Assembly: GCA_021774575.1 (NCBI GenBank)
Contig: JAJFIX010000045.1
Coordinates: 142,561 to 206,560, forward strand
Reading direction: 5' to 3'
Length of the DNA: 64,000 bases
DNA from: Alphaproteobacteria bacterium
GTDB taxonomy: Bacteria; Pseudomonadota; Alphaproteobacteria; UBA6615
How positions within the stretch are numbered: position 1 is the first letter of the stretch; each line of letters opens with the position of its first letter. Below, in pieces: positions 18,496-28,005 of this stretch. Made by a program: the position numbers and the translations under genes. Below the pieces are notes generated by a model. The model worked only from the letters and a program-made list of their open reading frames with translations. It was not told the origin of the DNA and made no database searches.

Positions 18496-19176
18496 TTGCG
18501 TGCTCTCATTATTGAAGACGACATTGCGATGGCACAGAGCATTCGCATGACCCTCGAGTCAGATGGCTTCACCTGCGCCAATACCGATCGCGGGCGGGAC
18601 GGCATCTATATCGCCGCAGCGCAAAAATACGACATCATCGTCCTTGACCTGATGCTACCCGATATCGACGGCTACAAAGTATTATCTTCCCTTAGGGGAA
18701 AGAAAAACTCCACGCCGGTATTGATGCTTTCGGGATTTGATGATGCCGATAAAAAGATTGATGGACTGAAAGCCGGGGCCGACGATTTCCTCGGCAAGCC
18801 TTTCAATGCGAGGGAATTAATCGCCCGCGCGCGCGCGATCATTCGCCGCTCTGAAAGGGCAGCTGATACCGTCGTTAAGACAGGAAAAGTAAGCGTCAAT
18901 TTGACCGCTCATACTGTCGATATTGGCGGTAGGTTGCTGAGATTGGCGAGCAAGGAGTCTAGTCTCCTCGAATTGCTCAGCAAGGATAAGGGGAAAATAG
19001 TTTCCCGAGCGACCATCAGCGACCATCTATACCCTGGCACAAACGGCCCCAACGACCTGAGGATCATTGACGTTTTTGTCAGCAAGCTGCGAAAAAAATT
19101 GTCCCGAGCAACGGACGGTGAGACCCATATCGATACATTGTGGAAGCGCGGCTATGTTCTCCGCGATCCCGTTTAA
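18496..19176 (+). CDS. CtrA-family (OmpR-type) response regulator paralog with an intact receiver
   Basis: 226 aa, collinear with CtrA across both domains (MRALIIEDD, IIVLDLMLPDIDG, KPF, IIDVFVSKLRKKL, WKRGYVLRDP). I estimate about 45% identity to canonical CtrA. Confidence 0.8.
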   Translation: MRALIIEDDIAMAQSIRMTLESDGFTCANTDRGRDGIYIAAAQKYDIIVLDLMLPDIDGYKVLSSLRGKKNSTPVLMLSGFDDADKKIDGLKAGADDFLGKPFNARELIARARAIIRRSERAADTVVKTGKVSVNLTAHTVDIGGRLLRLASKESSLLELLSKDKGKIVSRATISDHLYPGTNGPNDLRIIDVFVSKLRKKLSRATDGETHIDTLWKRGYVLRDPV

Positions 19177-19188
19177 AAGCCAAAACAG

Positions 19189-19914
19189 CTATAATTTGGT
19201 CACCGTCGCAGAGAAAATATAGCCGACCCCGCGAATAGTTTTGATGATTTCAGGGTGCCTGGGATCCGGTTCAATTTTTTTCCTCAATCGACTCACTAGC
19301 CCGTCGATACCGCGATCGAAACCTGCCCATTCACGACCATGGACGTTGTTGAGAAGAGAGTCTCGCGTATGGACCCGCTGTGGCGCATCGGCTAATGCGC
19401 GAAGAAGCTCGAATTCTGCTGTGGTGAGGGGGGTATCCGTACCCTCCGGCGATCGAAGATTTCGAGCCGCCAGATCGAACTGCCAGCCGCAAAACCCCAG
19501 CACGGTTCGCCCTTCTACTCCATGGGGGTTTCCGTTGTGAGAGGTGCCAATTTTTCGACGGCGCAGAACCGCATTGACCCGCGCCACTAATTCGCGGGGA
19601 CGAAACGGCTTCGTTACGTAATCGTCAGCACCAAATTCCAGTCCCAGAACATGGTCGGTCTCGCTCGTTCTACCGGAAACAATAATTATACCGGCGTCAG
19701 ATCGATCACGAATTTCTTTGGCCAAGGCGAGTCCGTTATCGTCTGGCAACGCCAAATCCATCAAGTAAAGGTCGATACCACGCTCTTTTTCAAGGGCGCG
19801 AAATTCCGCCGCATTTTTCGCCGATAAAATACGATGGCCTTCCCCCGCCAAAATACCACTAATGAGCTCACGGACATCCGGGTCATCTTCGGTAATTAGG
19901 ATAGTGGCCTTCAT
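19189..19914 (-). CDS. OmpR/PhoB-family response regulator (REC plus winged-helix), orphan
   Basis: Start chosen at MKATILITEDD, where GGAGAGG lies upstream. Receiver motifs and a C-terminal trans_reg_C (LTTAEFELLRAL, IKTIRGVGYIF). No adjacent cognate kinase. Confidence 0.8.
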   Translation of the reverse strand: MKATILITEDDPDVRELISGILAGEGHRILSAKNAAEFRALEKERGIDLYLMDLALPDDNGLALAKEIRDRSDAGIIIVSGRTSETDHVLGLEFGADDYVTKPFRPRELVARVNAVLRRRKIGTSHNGNPHGVEGRTVLGFCGWQFDLAARNLRSPEGTDTPLTTAEFELLRALADAPQRVHTRDSLLNNVHGREWAGFDRGIDGLVSRLRKKIEPDPRHPEIIKTIRGVGYIFSATVTKL

Positions 19915-20051
19915 GTCCTCTCCGCGCCAATCATGGCGAATTATTCGAACAGTCATTTATCTTACTGATAATTAGTGTTTACTATACCATCGGCATTTTA
20001 GCAAAAATTATTGAAATCTTCGATTGCCCGCGAATGCCTCTCTGCCAAGGC

Positions 20052-20450
20052 TCATTCTCCGTTACCATCAACTGTATCGGCGGCATCGAGTAACTTCCTA
20101 ACAGTCGAGGTTAAACGATCAATTGTGTATGGCTTTGGCAAAAACTCGACACCTGCACCAGAAAGCTTTTGGGTAACCTGCTCGCTATCTGTGTAGCCTG
20201 AGGTGTAAATAACCCTAATATCAGGAATGCGATCGCGCACGACCTGCGCGACATCGATACCGTTCATTCCTCCCGGCAGCATCATGTCCGTTAATAGAAG
20301 ATCAATCTTGGGGGCCCCATCCAGCATCGCAACAGCTGACGGGCCATCCTCCGCCTCGACAACGGAATAGCCAAGTGTGGATAGGACAGTCGCCATATAC
20401 GCCCGGACGTCAGGGTCGTCCTCAACGACAAAGATCGTCTCTCCGGACAT
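20052..20450 (-). CDS. Single-domain response regulator
   Basis: Start chosen at MSGETIFVVEDD, where GAGGAGAGGAAG lies upstream. LLLTDMMLPGGMNG and KPY. Confidence 0.8.
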   Translation of the reverse strand: MSGETIFVVEDDPDVRAYMATVLSTLGYSVVEAEDGPSAVAMLDGAPKIDLLLTDMMLPGGMNGIDVAQVVRDRIPDIRVIYTSGYTDSEQVTQKLSGAGVEFLPKPYTIDRLTSTVRKLLDAADTVDGNGE

Positions 20451-20777
20451 AAACTTCCTCTCCTCGGCAAAACCAAACACTATATATTTTCACTACGTTT
20501 TCACAAAACATCGCCGGGATTCGCAATATCTCATACATAGCGGCACCGGCGTTACAGACCATGAAGGCAGTCACTTAAGACAGGTACAATAGCATAGGCC
20601 AGCTTGCTTCGTCTCAGTGAAGTTTCCAGTGCGCTCTCGGAAAAAGAGAATTCGAATTTGCCTGGAACACACTATCAAGTGCGAGTCGTACCGCATCCAG
20701 CCAAGTCGCGTCGCCTAGGCCTTCTCGCCGGTGGTGATCAGGAGTGTGCATCAATTCTATTCATCTTTCTCGGTTTA

Positions 20778-20798
20778 CAATCGATTGCCAAATCGATT
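20778..20798. promoter_or_regulatory. Candidate LacI-family operator: 10-bp perfect palindrome CAATCGATTG followed by a second AATCGATT
   Basis: Read directly, about 40 bp upstream of the LacI gene start (20828). Central CG as in LacI-family operators. Confidence 0.3.
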
Positions 20799-20827
20799 AC
20801 GTTCACATTCGGGAGGGCAAAGTGCCG

Positions 20828-21886
20828 ATGGTAACGATATACGATGTAGCTAAAAAGGCGGGCGTTTCGGCGACGACCGTAAGTCATGTCGTTAACGGAA
20901 CGCGGACGGTCGCGCCGACGACCGAAAAGAAAGTCCGGGATGCCATCCGGACATTGAAGTACCGCCCCAACGTTCTTGCACGGAGCCTCCGCCAGAGTCG
21001 GTCCAACGTCATCGGACTGCTCCTGCCGGACTGTCGCAACCCCTTTTATGCTGAACTCGCCCGATCAATTGAGGAACGTGCCTATAAGTCCGGCTATTCC
21101 GTGATGATATGCAATTCCAGCTATAACCAGGACCGTGAGCGGGAGTATGTTGAAACGCTGGCGAACGGCCGAGTCGACGGCCTCATCGTCGCCCCGCTAC
21201 GATCCAAATCCGAAACAATAGATGCCTGTCGCGACCGGGGCTTGCCGACCGTCGTTGTCGACCGGATCTCTGATTCCGTTTTGGTTGATCAAGTTGTCAT
21301 CAACAACGAATATGCAGGCGCCCAGGCTGCCAAATATTTGCTGAAACTTGGCCACCGCCAAATTGGCTGCATTACCTATCTCGAAAATTGGACAGCCACA
21401 GCCGACAGGCGCCTTGAAGGGTTTCGCCGAACCCTGAATGAGGCAGGCGTGGATTTGCCCGATGACGCTGTCGTCTATTCAGATTTTCAATTCCTCGGCG
21501 GCCAGGCTGCGATGGAAGAATTATTGACGAAGGGCCCAATTCTGACCGCTGTCTTTGCCTGTAATGATTTGATGGCCGCAGGCGCATTAATTGCGCTGCG
21601 GCGGGCCGGTTTCCGAGTACCTGACGATATCTCTGTTCTGGGATTCGACAACAGCATTGAGGCCGTCATTACGTCTCCGGCGCTGACCACTTTTAGTCAG
21701 CCTATCGCTGACCTGTGTGGCGCCAGCGTCAATCAATTATTGCAGCTCATGAACGGCGAGACAAATAGACCGCGTCGCCACGTCTTTAACGCCCCGCTTG
21801 TTGAGCGTGAAAGCTGCGCGCCACCTCCTTCCAATACCAAGCCTCGCGGTAAAGCGGGCGTCGCAGTTATGGATAGCAAGGGTTGA
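20828..21886 (+). CDS. LacI-family transcriptional regulator
   Basis: HTH MVTIYDVAKKAGVSATTVSHVVNG plus a periplasmic-binding-fold sugar sensor domain. GGAGGG RBS. The ORF-track start at 20744 is an upstream artefact. Confidence 0.85.
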   Translation: MVTIYDVAKKAGVSATTVSHVVNGTRTVAPTTEKKVRDAIRTLKYRPNVLARSLRQSRSNVIGLLLPDCRNPFYAELARSIEERAYKSGYSVMICNSSYNQDREREYVETLANGRVDGLIVAPLRSKSETIDACRDRGLPTVVVDRISDSVLVDQVVINNEYAGAQAAKYLLKLGHRQIGCITYLENWTATADRRLEGFRRTLNEAGVDLPDDAVVYSDFQFLGGQAAMEELLTKGPILTAVFACNDLMAAGALIALRRAGFRVPDDISVLGFDNSIEAVITSPALTTFSQPIADLCGASVNQLLQLMNGETNRPRRHVFNAPLVERESCAPPPSNTKPRGKAGVAVMDSKG

Positions 21887-21890
21887 TCAT

Positions 21891-22694
21891 ATGGTAGCGA
21901 CAGGTAAGAGAAAATCCGAAACGTCGTCGCAGCGGCCAATAATTGAGGGTCGCGGCATTAGCAAGTTTTTTGGCGCGGTAACGGCGCTGAATGACGTCAG
22001 TTTCGAACTCTATCCGGGCGAGGTTTTGGGCATCGTCGGCGATAATGGTGCCGGCAAAACTACCTTAATGAAAGTCCTCTCCGGACTTTATAAAGCCAGC
22101 GAAGGCGATCTATTGTTCGAGGGTCAACCGGCTCATTTCAATAGTCCGAAAGATGCCCGCAAATTGGGCATTGAAATGGTCTATCAGGATTTGGCTTTGG
22201 CTGGCAACATGGCGATTGCCGAAAACATTTATCTCGGACGAGAGCCAAGAAACAAATTCGGTTTCTATCATCTCGGCGCGAGCCAAAAAATGGCGCGAAA
22301 GCATCTCAGCAATTTAAAAATCCACGTCAAGTCGGTGGATCAGAAGGTAGAGGAACTGTCCGGAGGTCAACGCCAGGCAGTGGCAATTGCCCGGGCCACC
22401 GCATTCGACGCCAAGGTCGTCATCATGGATGAGCCAACCGCAGCATTGGCAATCAGGGAGGTCGGCAAGGTCCTCGACCTGATCAAAAACCTCAAAGATC
22501 GCCATATTTCCGTCATTCTGATTTCCCATCGCATGGACGATATTTTTTATGTGTGCGACCGGGTCGTCGCACTATTCCAAGGGACGAATTTCGCCGAGTC
22601 GCCGCTTGAAGACACGTCACGAAGCGAGGTGATCGGGTGGATTATGGGAACTAAAGAAAACCCGGGGGAGCTTTCCCATGACCGAGTCGAGTGA
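21891..22694 (+). CDS. Sugar ABC transporter ATP-binding protein (single ABC domain)
   Basis: Walker A GDNGAGKTT, signature LSGGQRQ, Walker [11 protein letters not shown]. Start at MVATGKRK follows the LacI stop. Confidence 0.85.
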   Translation: MVATGKRKSETSSQRPIIEGRGISKFFGAVTALNDVSFELYPGEVLGIVGDNGAGKTTLMKVLSGLYKASEGDLLFEGQPAHFNSPKDARKLGIEMVYQDLALAGNMAIAENIYLGREPRNKFGFYHLGASQKMARKHLSNLKIHVKSVDQKVEELSGGQRQAVAIARATAFDAKVVIMDEPTAALAIREVGKVLDLIKNLKDRHISVILISHRMDDIFYVCDRVVALFQGTNFAESPLEDTSRSEVIGWIMGTKENPGELSHDRVE

Positions 22695-23736
22695 GGGGCA
22701 AAAAGTGGCTGACCAAGACAACCATACTCTCGAAACACATACCAGGCCCGACGGCTTGGCCCTTCGTTTGCTACCCTATATCGACAAATACGGCATTCTA
22801 ATTGTCATTTTCGTCATGGTGGCTGTTTTATATGTGACTCAGCCGGATGTCTTCTTAAGCTGGCGTAATATCACCAATATCTTCAAGCAGACAGCCGTAA
22901 ATGCCATGCTGTCTATCGGCATGTTTCTCGCCATCTTAACAGCCGGCATCGACCTGTCCATTGGGTCGGTCATGATGCTCGGCATGATGTCGGCCGGAGT
23001 CGCCCAGTTTGCCGGAATGCCTTGGCCGATCGTCCTTATCTTGGCACCACTGGCGGGCATGGGTGCTGGGCTTGTTAACGGCATCGGCATCACCAAGCTC
23101 CGTATGCCGCACCCATTTATTATGACTCTTGGTATGCTGTTCATGGCACGAGGGCTTGGCAATCTGATTTCGGGCGGCGTACCGCTAACCGGCTTTCCCG
23201 ATGCCATTCGTTTTCTCGGCAGCTACCAAATTCCGCTGGGTGAATACGATGGAACCCGTTTCAATTTACCGGTCGCATTGGTCCTGACGATTGTTGTCTA
23301 CATCGCGTTTTCGCTGATGTTGAAACATACTGTTTTGGGTCGCCGCATCTATGCAATTGGTGGCAACCCGGAAGCCGCACGCGTTTCAGGTATTAACGTC
23401 GATGCCGTTCTTATTACCGTCTATGGAATTTGCGGTTTTATGGCAGGCATTGGTGGCCTGCTGCTCATCGGTCGCACAAGTTCGGCTTTCCCAACAGCCG
23501 GAACCGGGGCTGAGCTGGAAGCAATCGCCGCGTGTATTATTGGCGGAGCAAGTTTTTTCGGAGGACGCGGCACCGTGCTTGGTGTTTTTGGCGGTGTTAT
23601 CGTAATGGGGCTAATTAAAAATGGCCTTAATCTGAATAATGTAAGCGTGTTTTATCAACAAATATTAATCGGCGCGATCATTGTCATAGCCGTATTTTTG
23701 GATGTTTTGCGCCGCGAAATTGGAACGCGCAAGTAG
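22678..23736 (+). CDS. Sugar ABC transporter permease (RbsC/branched family)
   Basis: 352 aa, multi-TM, with a typical permease core. Confidence 0.85.
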   Translation: MTESSEGQKVADQDNHTLETHTRPDGLALRLLPYIDKYGILIVIFVMVAVLYVTQPDVFLSWRNITNIFKQTAVNAMLSIGMFLAILTAGIDLSIGSVMMLGMMSAGVAQFAGMPWPIVLILAPLAGMGAGLVNGIGITKLRMPHPFIMTLGMLFMARGLGNLISGGVPLTGFPDAIRFLGSYQIPLGEYDGTRFNLPVALVLTIVVYIAFSLMLKHTVLGRRIYAIGGNPEAARVSGINVDAVLITVYGICGFMAGIGGLLLIGRTSSAFPTAGTGAELEAIAACIIGGASFFGGRGTVLGVFGGVIVMGLIKNGLNLNNVSVFYQQILIGAIIVIAVFLDVLRREIGTRK

Positions 23737-23853
23737 AATATATGTAGCCGTCTGAACAAACGATTGCCGCATATTACCCGGACCAAAAATGGCCGGGGGA
23801 TCCCAGGCGACACAAAATAGTCGCCTGAAACTTCGATTGAGGAGGAAACTAAA

Positions 23854-24768
23854 ATGAGAAGATTACCAGGGTTAGTCAGTATTTTTGCACTCACCATGAC
23901 CGCCAGCATCGCAACTGTGTCGGCTGAAACCATTGTCGTCAGCATGAAGGGCCCTGGAGCGGGCAATCCCTTCTGGGCAGCGGTTGAGGCCGGGGCCAAG
24001 GCAATGGGTGCCGAGCGCGGTGTCGACGTAATTGTGTTGGCCCCGCCAACTGAATCCGACGTCGCGTCGCAGATCTCCCAGATTGAAGATCAGCTGGCCA
24101 AAGGTATCGACGGATTGGTTCTCGCACCGACCGACCCCACCGCATTGGCGCCGGTTGTCAACGAAGCGATTGCCGACGGCGTGCCGGTTGTGTTTATTGA
24201 CACCATCGGATCCAACGCTGGCGTAACCTTTATCGGCACCGATAATCAAGCTGGCGCCGCGCTCGCCTCCGAGTTCATTTGTAATGGCGTACCGTCGGGT
24301 AGCGACGTTGCGATCCTGACTGGAATTGTCACTCAGTCAACGGGTAAAGCACGGGCCGATGGCAGCCGCGAGGGTCTAACGGCTTGCGGCATGAATATTG
24401 TCGCCGAGCAAACCGGTGAATGGGATCGGGCCAAAGGCCTGAACGTCATGGAAAACATCATTACCGGCAATCCCAACATTGTCGCCGTGTTTGCGAGTAA
24501 CGACAATATGGCACTTGGCGCGGCCGAAGCCTTGAAAAGTGCCGGCGTATTGGACGATGTGTTGCTCGTTGGTTTTGACGCCAACCCGGATGCCGCCGAC
24601 AGTATCCTGGCTGGTGAGATGACAGCAACCATTGCCCAGAACCCGGTTAACATGGGTCGTTTTGGGGTCGAGAGCGTGCTCAAACTCGCCGCCGGTGAGA
24701 CTTTGGATCCGGTTATCGACACAGGAACCGTCTTGGTAACGTCCGACAATGCGGCCGATTTTCAATAG
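23854..24768 (+). CDS. Periplasmic sugar-binding protein (RbsB-like)
   Basis: 304 aa with a signal peptide and the periplasmic binding protein type I fold. Confidence 0.85.
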   Translation: MRRLPGLVSIFALTMTASIATVSAETIVVSMKGPGAGNPFWAAVEAGAKAMGAERGVDVIVLAPPTESDVASQISQIEDQLAKGIDGLVLAPTDPTALAPVVNEAIADGVPVVFIDTIGSNAGVTFIGTDNQAGAALASEFICNGVPSGSDVAILTGIVTQSTGKARADGSREGLTACGMNIVAEQTGEWDRAKGLNVMENIITGNPNIVAVFASNDNMALGAAEALKSAGVLDDVLLVGFDANPDAADSILAGEMTATIAQNPVNMGRFGVESVLKLAAGETLDPVIDTGTVLVTSDNAADFQ

Positions 24769-24895
24769 GCCATTTGCCGTTCGAAAATTTAGTACTTAAA
24801 CGTTCTCCCAGTGAAGTCGCAGGCGGTTCACGGATCGCCTGCGGTCTTCATCTTTTTAATTCTTACGCCGCCCGTCAATTCCCCGAGAAACTAGG

Positions 24896-25927
24896 TTGTT
24901 TGCAATGACCGAGAAACCGGTTTTAATTTTAGACCCCCATCCGCGCCCGGTGGATCAAAACATCACTCCGGAAGCGATGACCCGCCTCACCTCATTTTTC
25001 GACGTTAAATCATGGACTGGCGAACCGATGCCGTCCTACGAGCTAGAAAAACATTTGCCCGAGGCCACTGTGATTATTGGCCAAACGGATCTGCCATCCG
25101 AGCGATTGAAACATGCCCCAAAATTGAAAGGCATTTTGAATATCGAAGGCAATTTTATGCAGAACATCGACTATGAATATTGCTTTCACAACATGATCCA
25201 TGTGCTCAACTGCGGCAACGGTTACGCCCAAGCGGTTGCCGAGATGGCCCTGGGTTTTGCCATTTCGCTGGGTCGTCGTATCCCGGAGTATGACCGGAAA
25301 TTCCGCGCCGGCACCGAAATCTATCTGGCCGATGCGTGTCGAGATTCGTTTTTACTTTCCGATTCCACTGTCGGGTTTATCGGCTTTGGCTCTTTGGGCC
25401 GCGCCCTTCTGCCCTTACTGGCTCCCTTCCACTGCCCGATCAAAGTTTACGATCCGTGGCTATCGCCTGCGGTCATCGAAGATCAGGGCTGTGTCGCCGC
25501 ACCGTTGGCAGACGTCCTGAGCACATCAAAATATATTTTTATTTTGGCCGCTGTCACGTCTGAAAACGAAGGTTTCTTGGGCCGAGGGGAGCTAGAAAAA
25601 ATCCAACAGGATTCTTGTGTTATGTTAATGAGCCGCGCCGCGATCATCGACTTTGACGCTTTTGTCGATTGTGCAGCATCGGGAAATTTTAGGGCCGCCA
25701 CCGATGTATTCCCCGACGAGCCAATGGGGAAGGACCATCCATGTCGAACGACCGATAACGTACTTCTATCTCCCCATAGAGCTGGCGGAATACCCCAGGC
25801 ATTTCACAAAATTGGCGATATGTGCGTTGACGATGCGATCGCTATTGGTAAGAATTTACCCCCTAGCTTAATGCAAAGAGCGCAGTGGGAATCGGTTAAA
25901 CAGATGCGATCAAAGATTGCCGAATGA
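24896..25927 (+). CDS. D-isomer-specific 2-hydroxyacid dehydrogenase family protein
   Basis: NAD-binding GFIGFGSLGR, catalytic region ...FPDEP...SPHRAG. Confidence 0.8.
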   Translation: MFAMTEKPVLILDPHPRPVDQNITPEAMTRLTSFFDVKSWTGEPMPSYELEKHLPEATVIIGQTDLPSERLKHAPKLKGILNIEGNFMQNIDYEYCFHNMIHVLNCGNGYAQAVAEMALGFAISLGRRIPEYDRKFRAGTEIYLADACRDSFLLSDSTVGFIGFGSLGRALLPLLAPFHCPIKVYDPWLSPAVIEDQGCVAAPLADVLSTSKYIFILAAVTSENEGFLGRGELEKIQQDSCVMLMSRAAIIDFDAFVDCAASGNFRAATDVFPDEPMGKDHPCRTTDNVLLSPHRAGGIPQAFHKIGDMCVDDAIAIGKNLPPSLMQRAQWESVKQMRSKIAE

Positions 25928-26002
25928 ACCGTCAACGTCGTTCACGAATGATCGACTGCGATCAATTATTGCTAACAATAACCCCTGGAGGCAGGCGTAA
26001 AA

Positions 26003-27037
26003 ATGTCTATCTATAAGGCTTCACCAGCACGCTATGATAGTTTGCAGTATCGACGCTGCGGTCGCAGTGGACTGAAATTACCGGCGATAACGTTGGGTCT
26101 TTGGCATAATTTCGGCGGCGATGATGTGTTTGAAAATGGCCGCGCAATGTGTCGCCGGGCCTTCGACCTTGGGATCACTCATTTTGATTTGGCCAATAAT
26201 TACGGCCCGCCTTATGGCTCGGCGGAAGAAAATTTCGGAACAATCTTGAAAACCGATTTCCGCTCTCACCGCGATGAGCTTATTATTTCCACCAAAGCCG
26301 GTTACGATATGTGGCCCGGACCGTACGGCGAATGGGGTTCGCGAAAATATCTATTATCGAGTCTCGACCAGAGCCTGGCCAGGATGGGGCTCGATTACGT
26401 TGACATTTTCTACTCACATCGGTTTGACCCGGACACGCCGTTGGAAGAGACAATGGGCGCACTCGATAGCGCCGTGCGCCAAGGCAAGGCCCTTTATGTC
26501 GGAATTTCATCCTATTCCGCCGAGCACACGGCGCAGGCCGGCGCCATACTCGCTGATATGGGCACGCCATTGCTGATCCATCAGCCGTCTTATTCGATGT
26601 TTAATCGCTGGATTGAAAACGGCCTCTTGGCTGAACTCGATAATATCGGCGCCGGAGCCATTGCCTTTTCACCTCTGGCACAAGGTTTGCTTGCCGGACG
26701 TTACCTCACCGGAATTCCCGATGGATCACGAGCCTCGAAAGCGGGACGACCAATTAACCAAAGCAGCATCACGCAGGAGATCGCCGAACGGGTCGAGAAA
26801 TTAAATAGCATTGCGGCGAACCGCGGTCAGACCCTGGCCCAAATGGCCATTGCCTGGGTCTTACGCCATAAGCAAATTACCTCAGCCCTCATTGGCGCAA
26901 GCTCAGTTGCCCAGATTGAGGCAAATGTCGCCAGCTTAGATAATCTCAATTTTTCCGAGGAGGAGCTCACAGAGATAGACGCCCTCGCCACGGACCAAGA
27001 TATTAATATATGGCAGGAACGTTCATCGACCGATTAG
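26003..27037 (+). CDS. Aldo/keto reductase (Tas/YghZ-like)
   Basis: 344 aa; LPAITLGLWHNFG, ITHFDLANNYGPPYGSAEE. Confidence 0.85.
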   Translation: MSIYKASPARYDSLQYRRCGRSGLKLPAITLGLWHNFGGDDVFENGRAMCRRAFDLGITHFDLANNYGPPYGSAEENFGTILKTDFRSHRDELIISTKAGYDMWPGPYGEWGSRKYLLSSLDQSLARMGLDYVDIFYSHRFDPDTPLEETMGALDSAVRQGKALYVGISSYSAEHTAQAGAILADMGTPLLIHQPSYSMFNRWIENGLLAELDNIGAGAIAFSPLAQGLLAGRYLTGIPDGSRASKAGRPINQSSITQEIAERVEKLNSIAANRGQTLAQMAIAWVLRHKQITSALIGASSVAQIEANVASLDNLNFSEEELTEIDALATDQDINIWQERSSTD

Positions 27038-27069
27038 GCAATAATTGCCGATAGATAAAATTCACTTAG

Positions 27070-28005
27070 TTAAAACCCATGTAACTCCGAACCATCGTGT
27101 GCAAGAAACGCGTCAACTTCGTCTCGACTGGGTATCCCTTTGCGTCCGCCAAACCGGGTGCATTTTATCGCCGCACTGGCGGCTGCAAATCGCATCGCGT
27201 CACTGCGGGCCATGCCCTCGGTCAAGCCGAGGGTTAGGGCTCCTTGGAAGACATCTCCTGCCGCCAGGGTATCAACGGCCTTAACCTTAAATGCCGGAAC
27301 AAAATCAACATGGTCGTCATCGTGCACGAATGCTCCCGTCGCCCCGTCGCTAACCGATAACGCCGCGCTGGTTAGTGTGCGCGCATGGGCCAAGCCCTTC
27401 TGCAAATCCTGGGTTCCGGCAAGCCGTTGCAATGCGGGCGCTGAAAAGGCGATATGGTTGGCGCAGGTCAGCAACTCATAGGCCTCTGGTCGATCAAACA
27501 CGTCATAATCAAGTACCGCCGGTAAGCCGAGGTCGCGAGCGGCCGACAAGAGCGGTGCTGCGGCCTGGGGCCAAATCGTATCGGCAAAAACACCATCGAA
27601 GTGGCGAAGATCGATCCCCCCGGTGTCAAAATCGGGCTCAAATATTGACTGCTCGGTATTATTGACAATCAGCCGTTCACCATGTTGATCCACAATAACA
27701 GCCGAAATTGGCGACTGACCTGGGACTTGCTCGGCATGTGAAACATCAACCCCAAGCCCGGCCAAATCATCCCGGATTTGATCGCCCAGGCGACCGATGC
27801 CCAGGCGCGTAACCAAAGCCGCCGAGCCCCCCAATGCGACAATTGTCGCGGCGGCATTCGCGGCTATACCGCCACCGGTTTGCTCAAATCGGTGGGAAAA
27901 AAACTTGCCTTCCCGATGGGGGATTTCGGGTATCGAAAACACCATATCCATGACCGCGAGCCCGACACACAATATGCGCTTTGTGTCGGGCGGGCGCGTC
28001 GTCAT
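27070..28005 (-). CDS. PfkB-family carbohydrate kinase (ribokinase/KdgK-like)
   Basis: 311 aa; GGGIAANAA, C-terminal DTLAAGDVFQGAL. Confidence 0.8.
   Translation of the reverse strand: MTTRPPDTKRILCVGLAVMDMVFSIPEIPHREGKFFSHRFEQTGGGIAANAAATIVALGGSAALVTRLGIGRLGDQIRDDLAGLGVDVSHAEQVPGQSPISAVIVDQHGERLIVNNTEQSIFEPDFDTGGIDLRHFDGVFADTIWPQAAAPLLSAARDLGLPAVLDYDVFDRPEAYELLTCANHIAFSAPALQRLAGTQDLQKGLAHARTLTSAALSVSDGATGAFVHDDDHVDFVPAFKVKAVDTLAAGDVFQGALTLGLTEGMARSDAMRFAAASAAIKCTRFGGRKGIPSRDEVDAFLAHDGSELHGF

Noticed and set aside
20744-20827. N-terminal extensions on the ORF-track calls for the LacI gene at 20744, the LacI gene at 53354, xylB at 37876, the ABC ATPase at 21798 and the Gfo gene at 40102
   Set aside because: The extensions run into upstream genes or promoters and lack an RBS. 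Internal Met codons align with the family N-termini and have good Shine-Dalgarno sequences.
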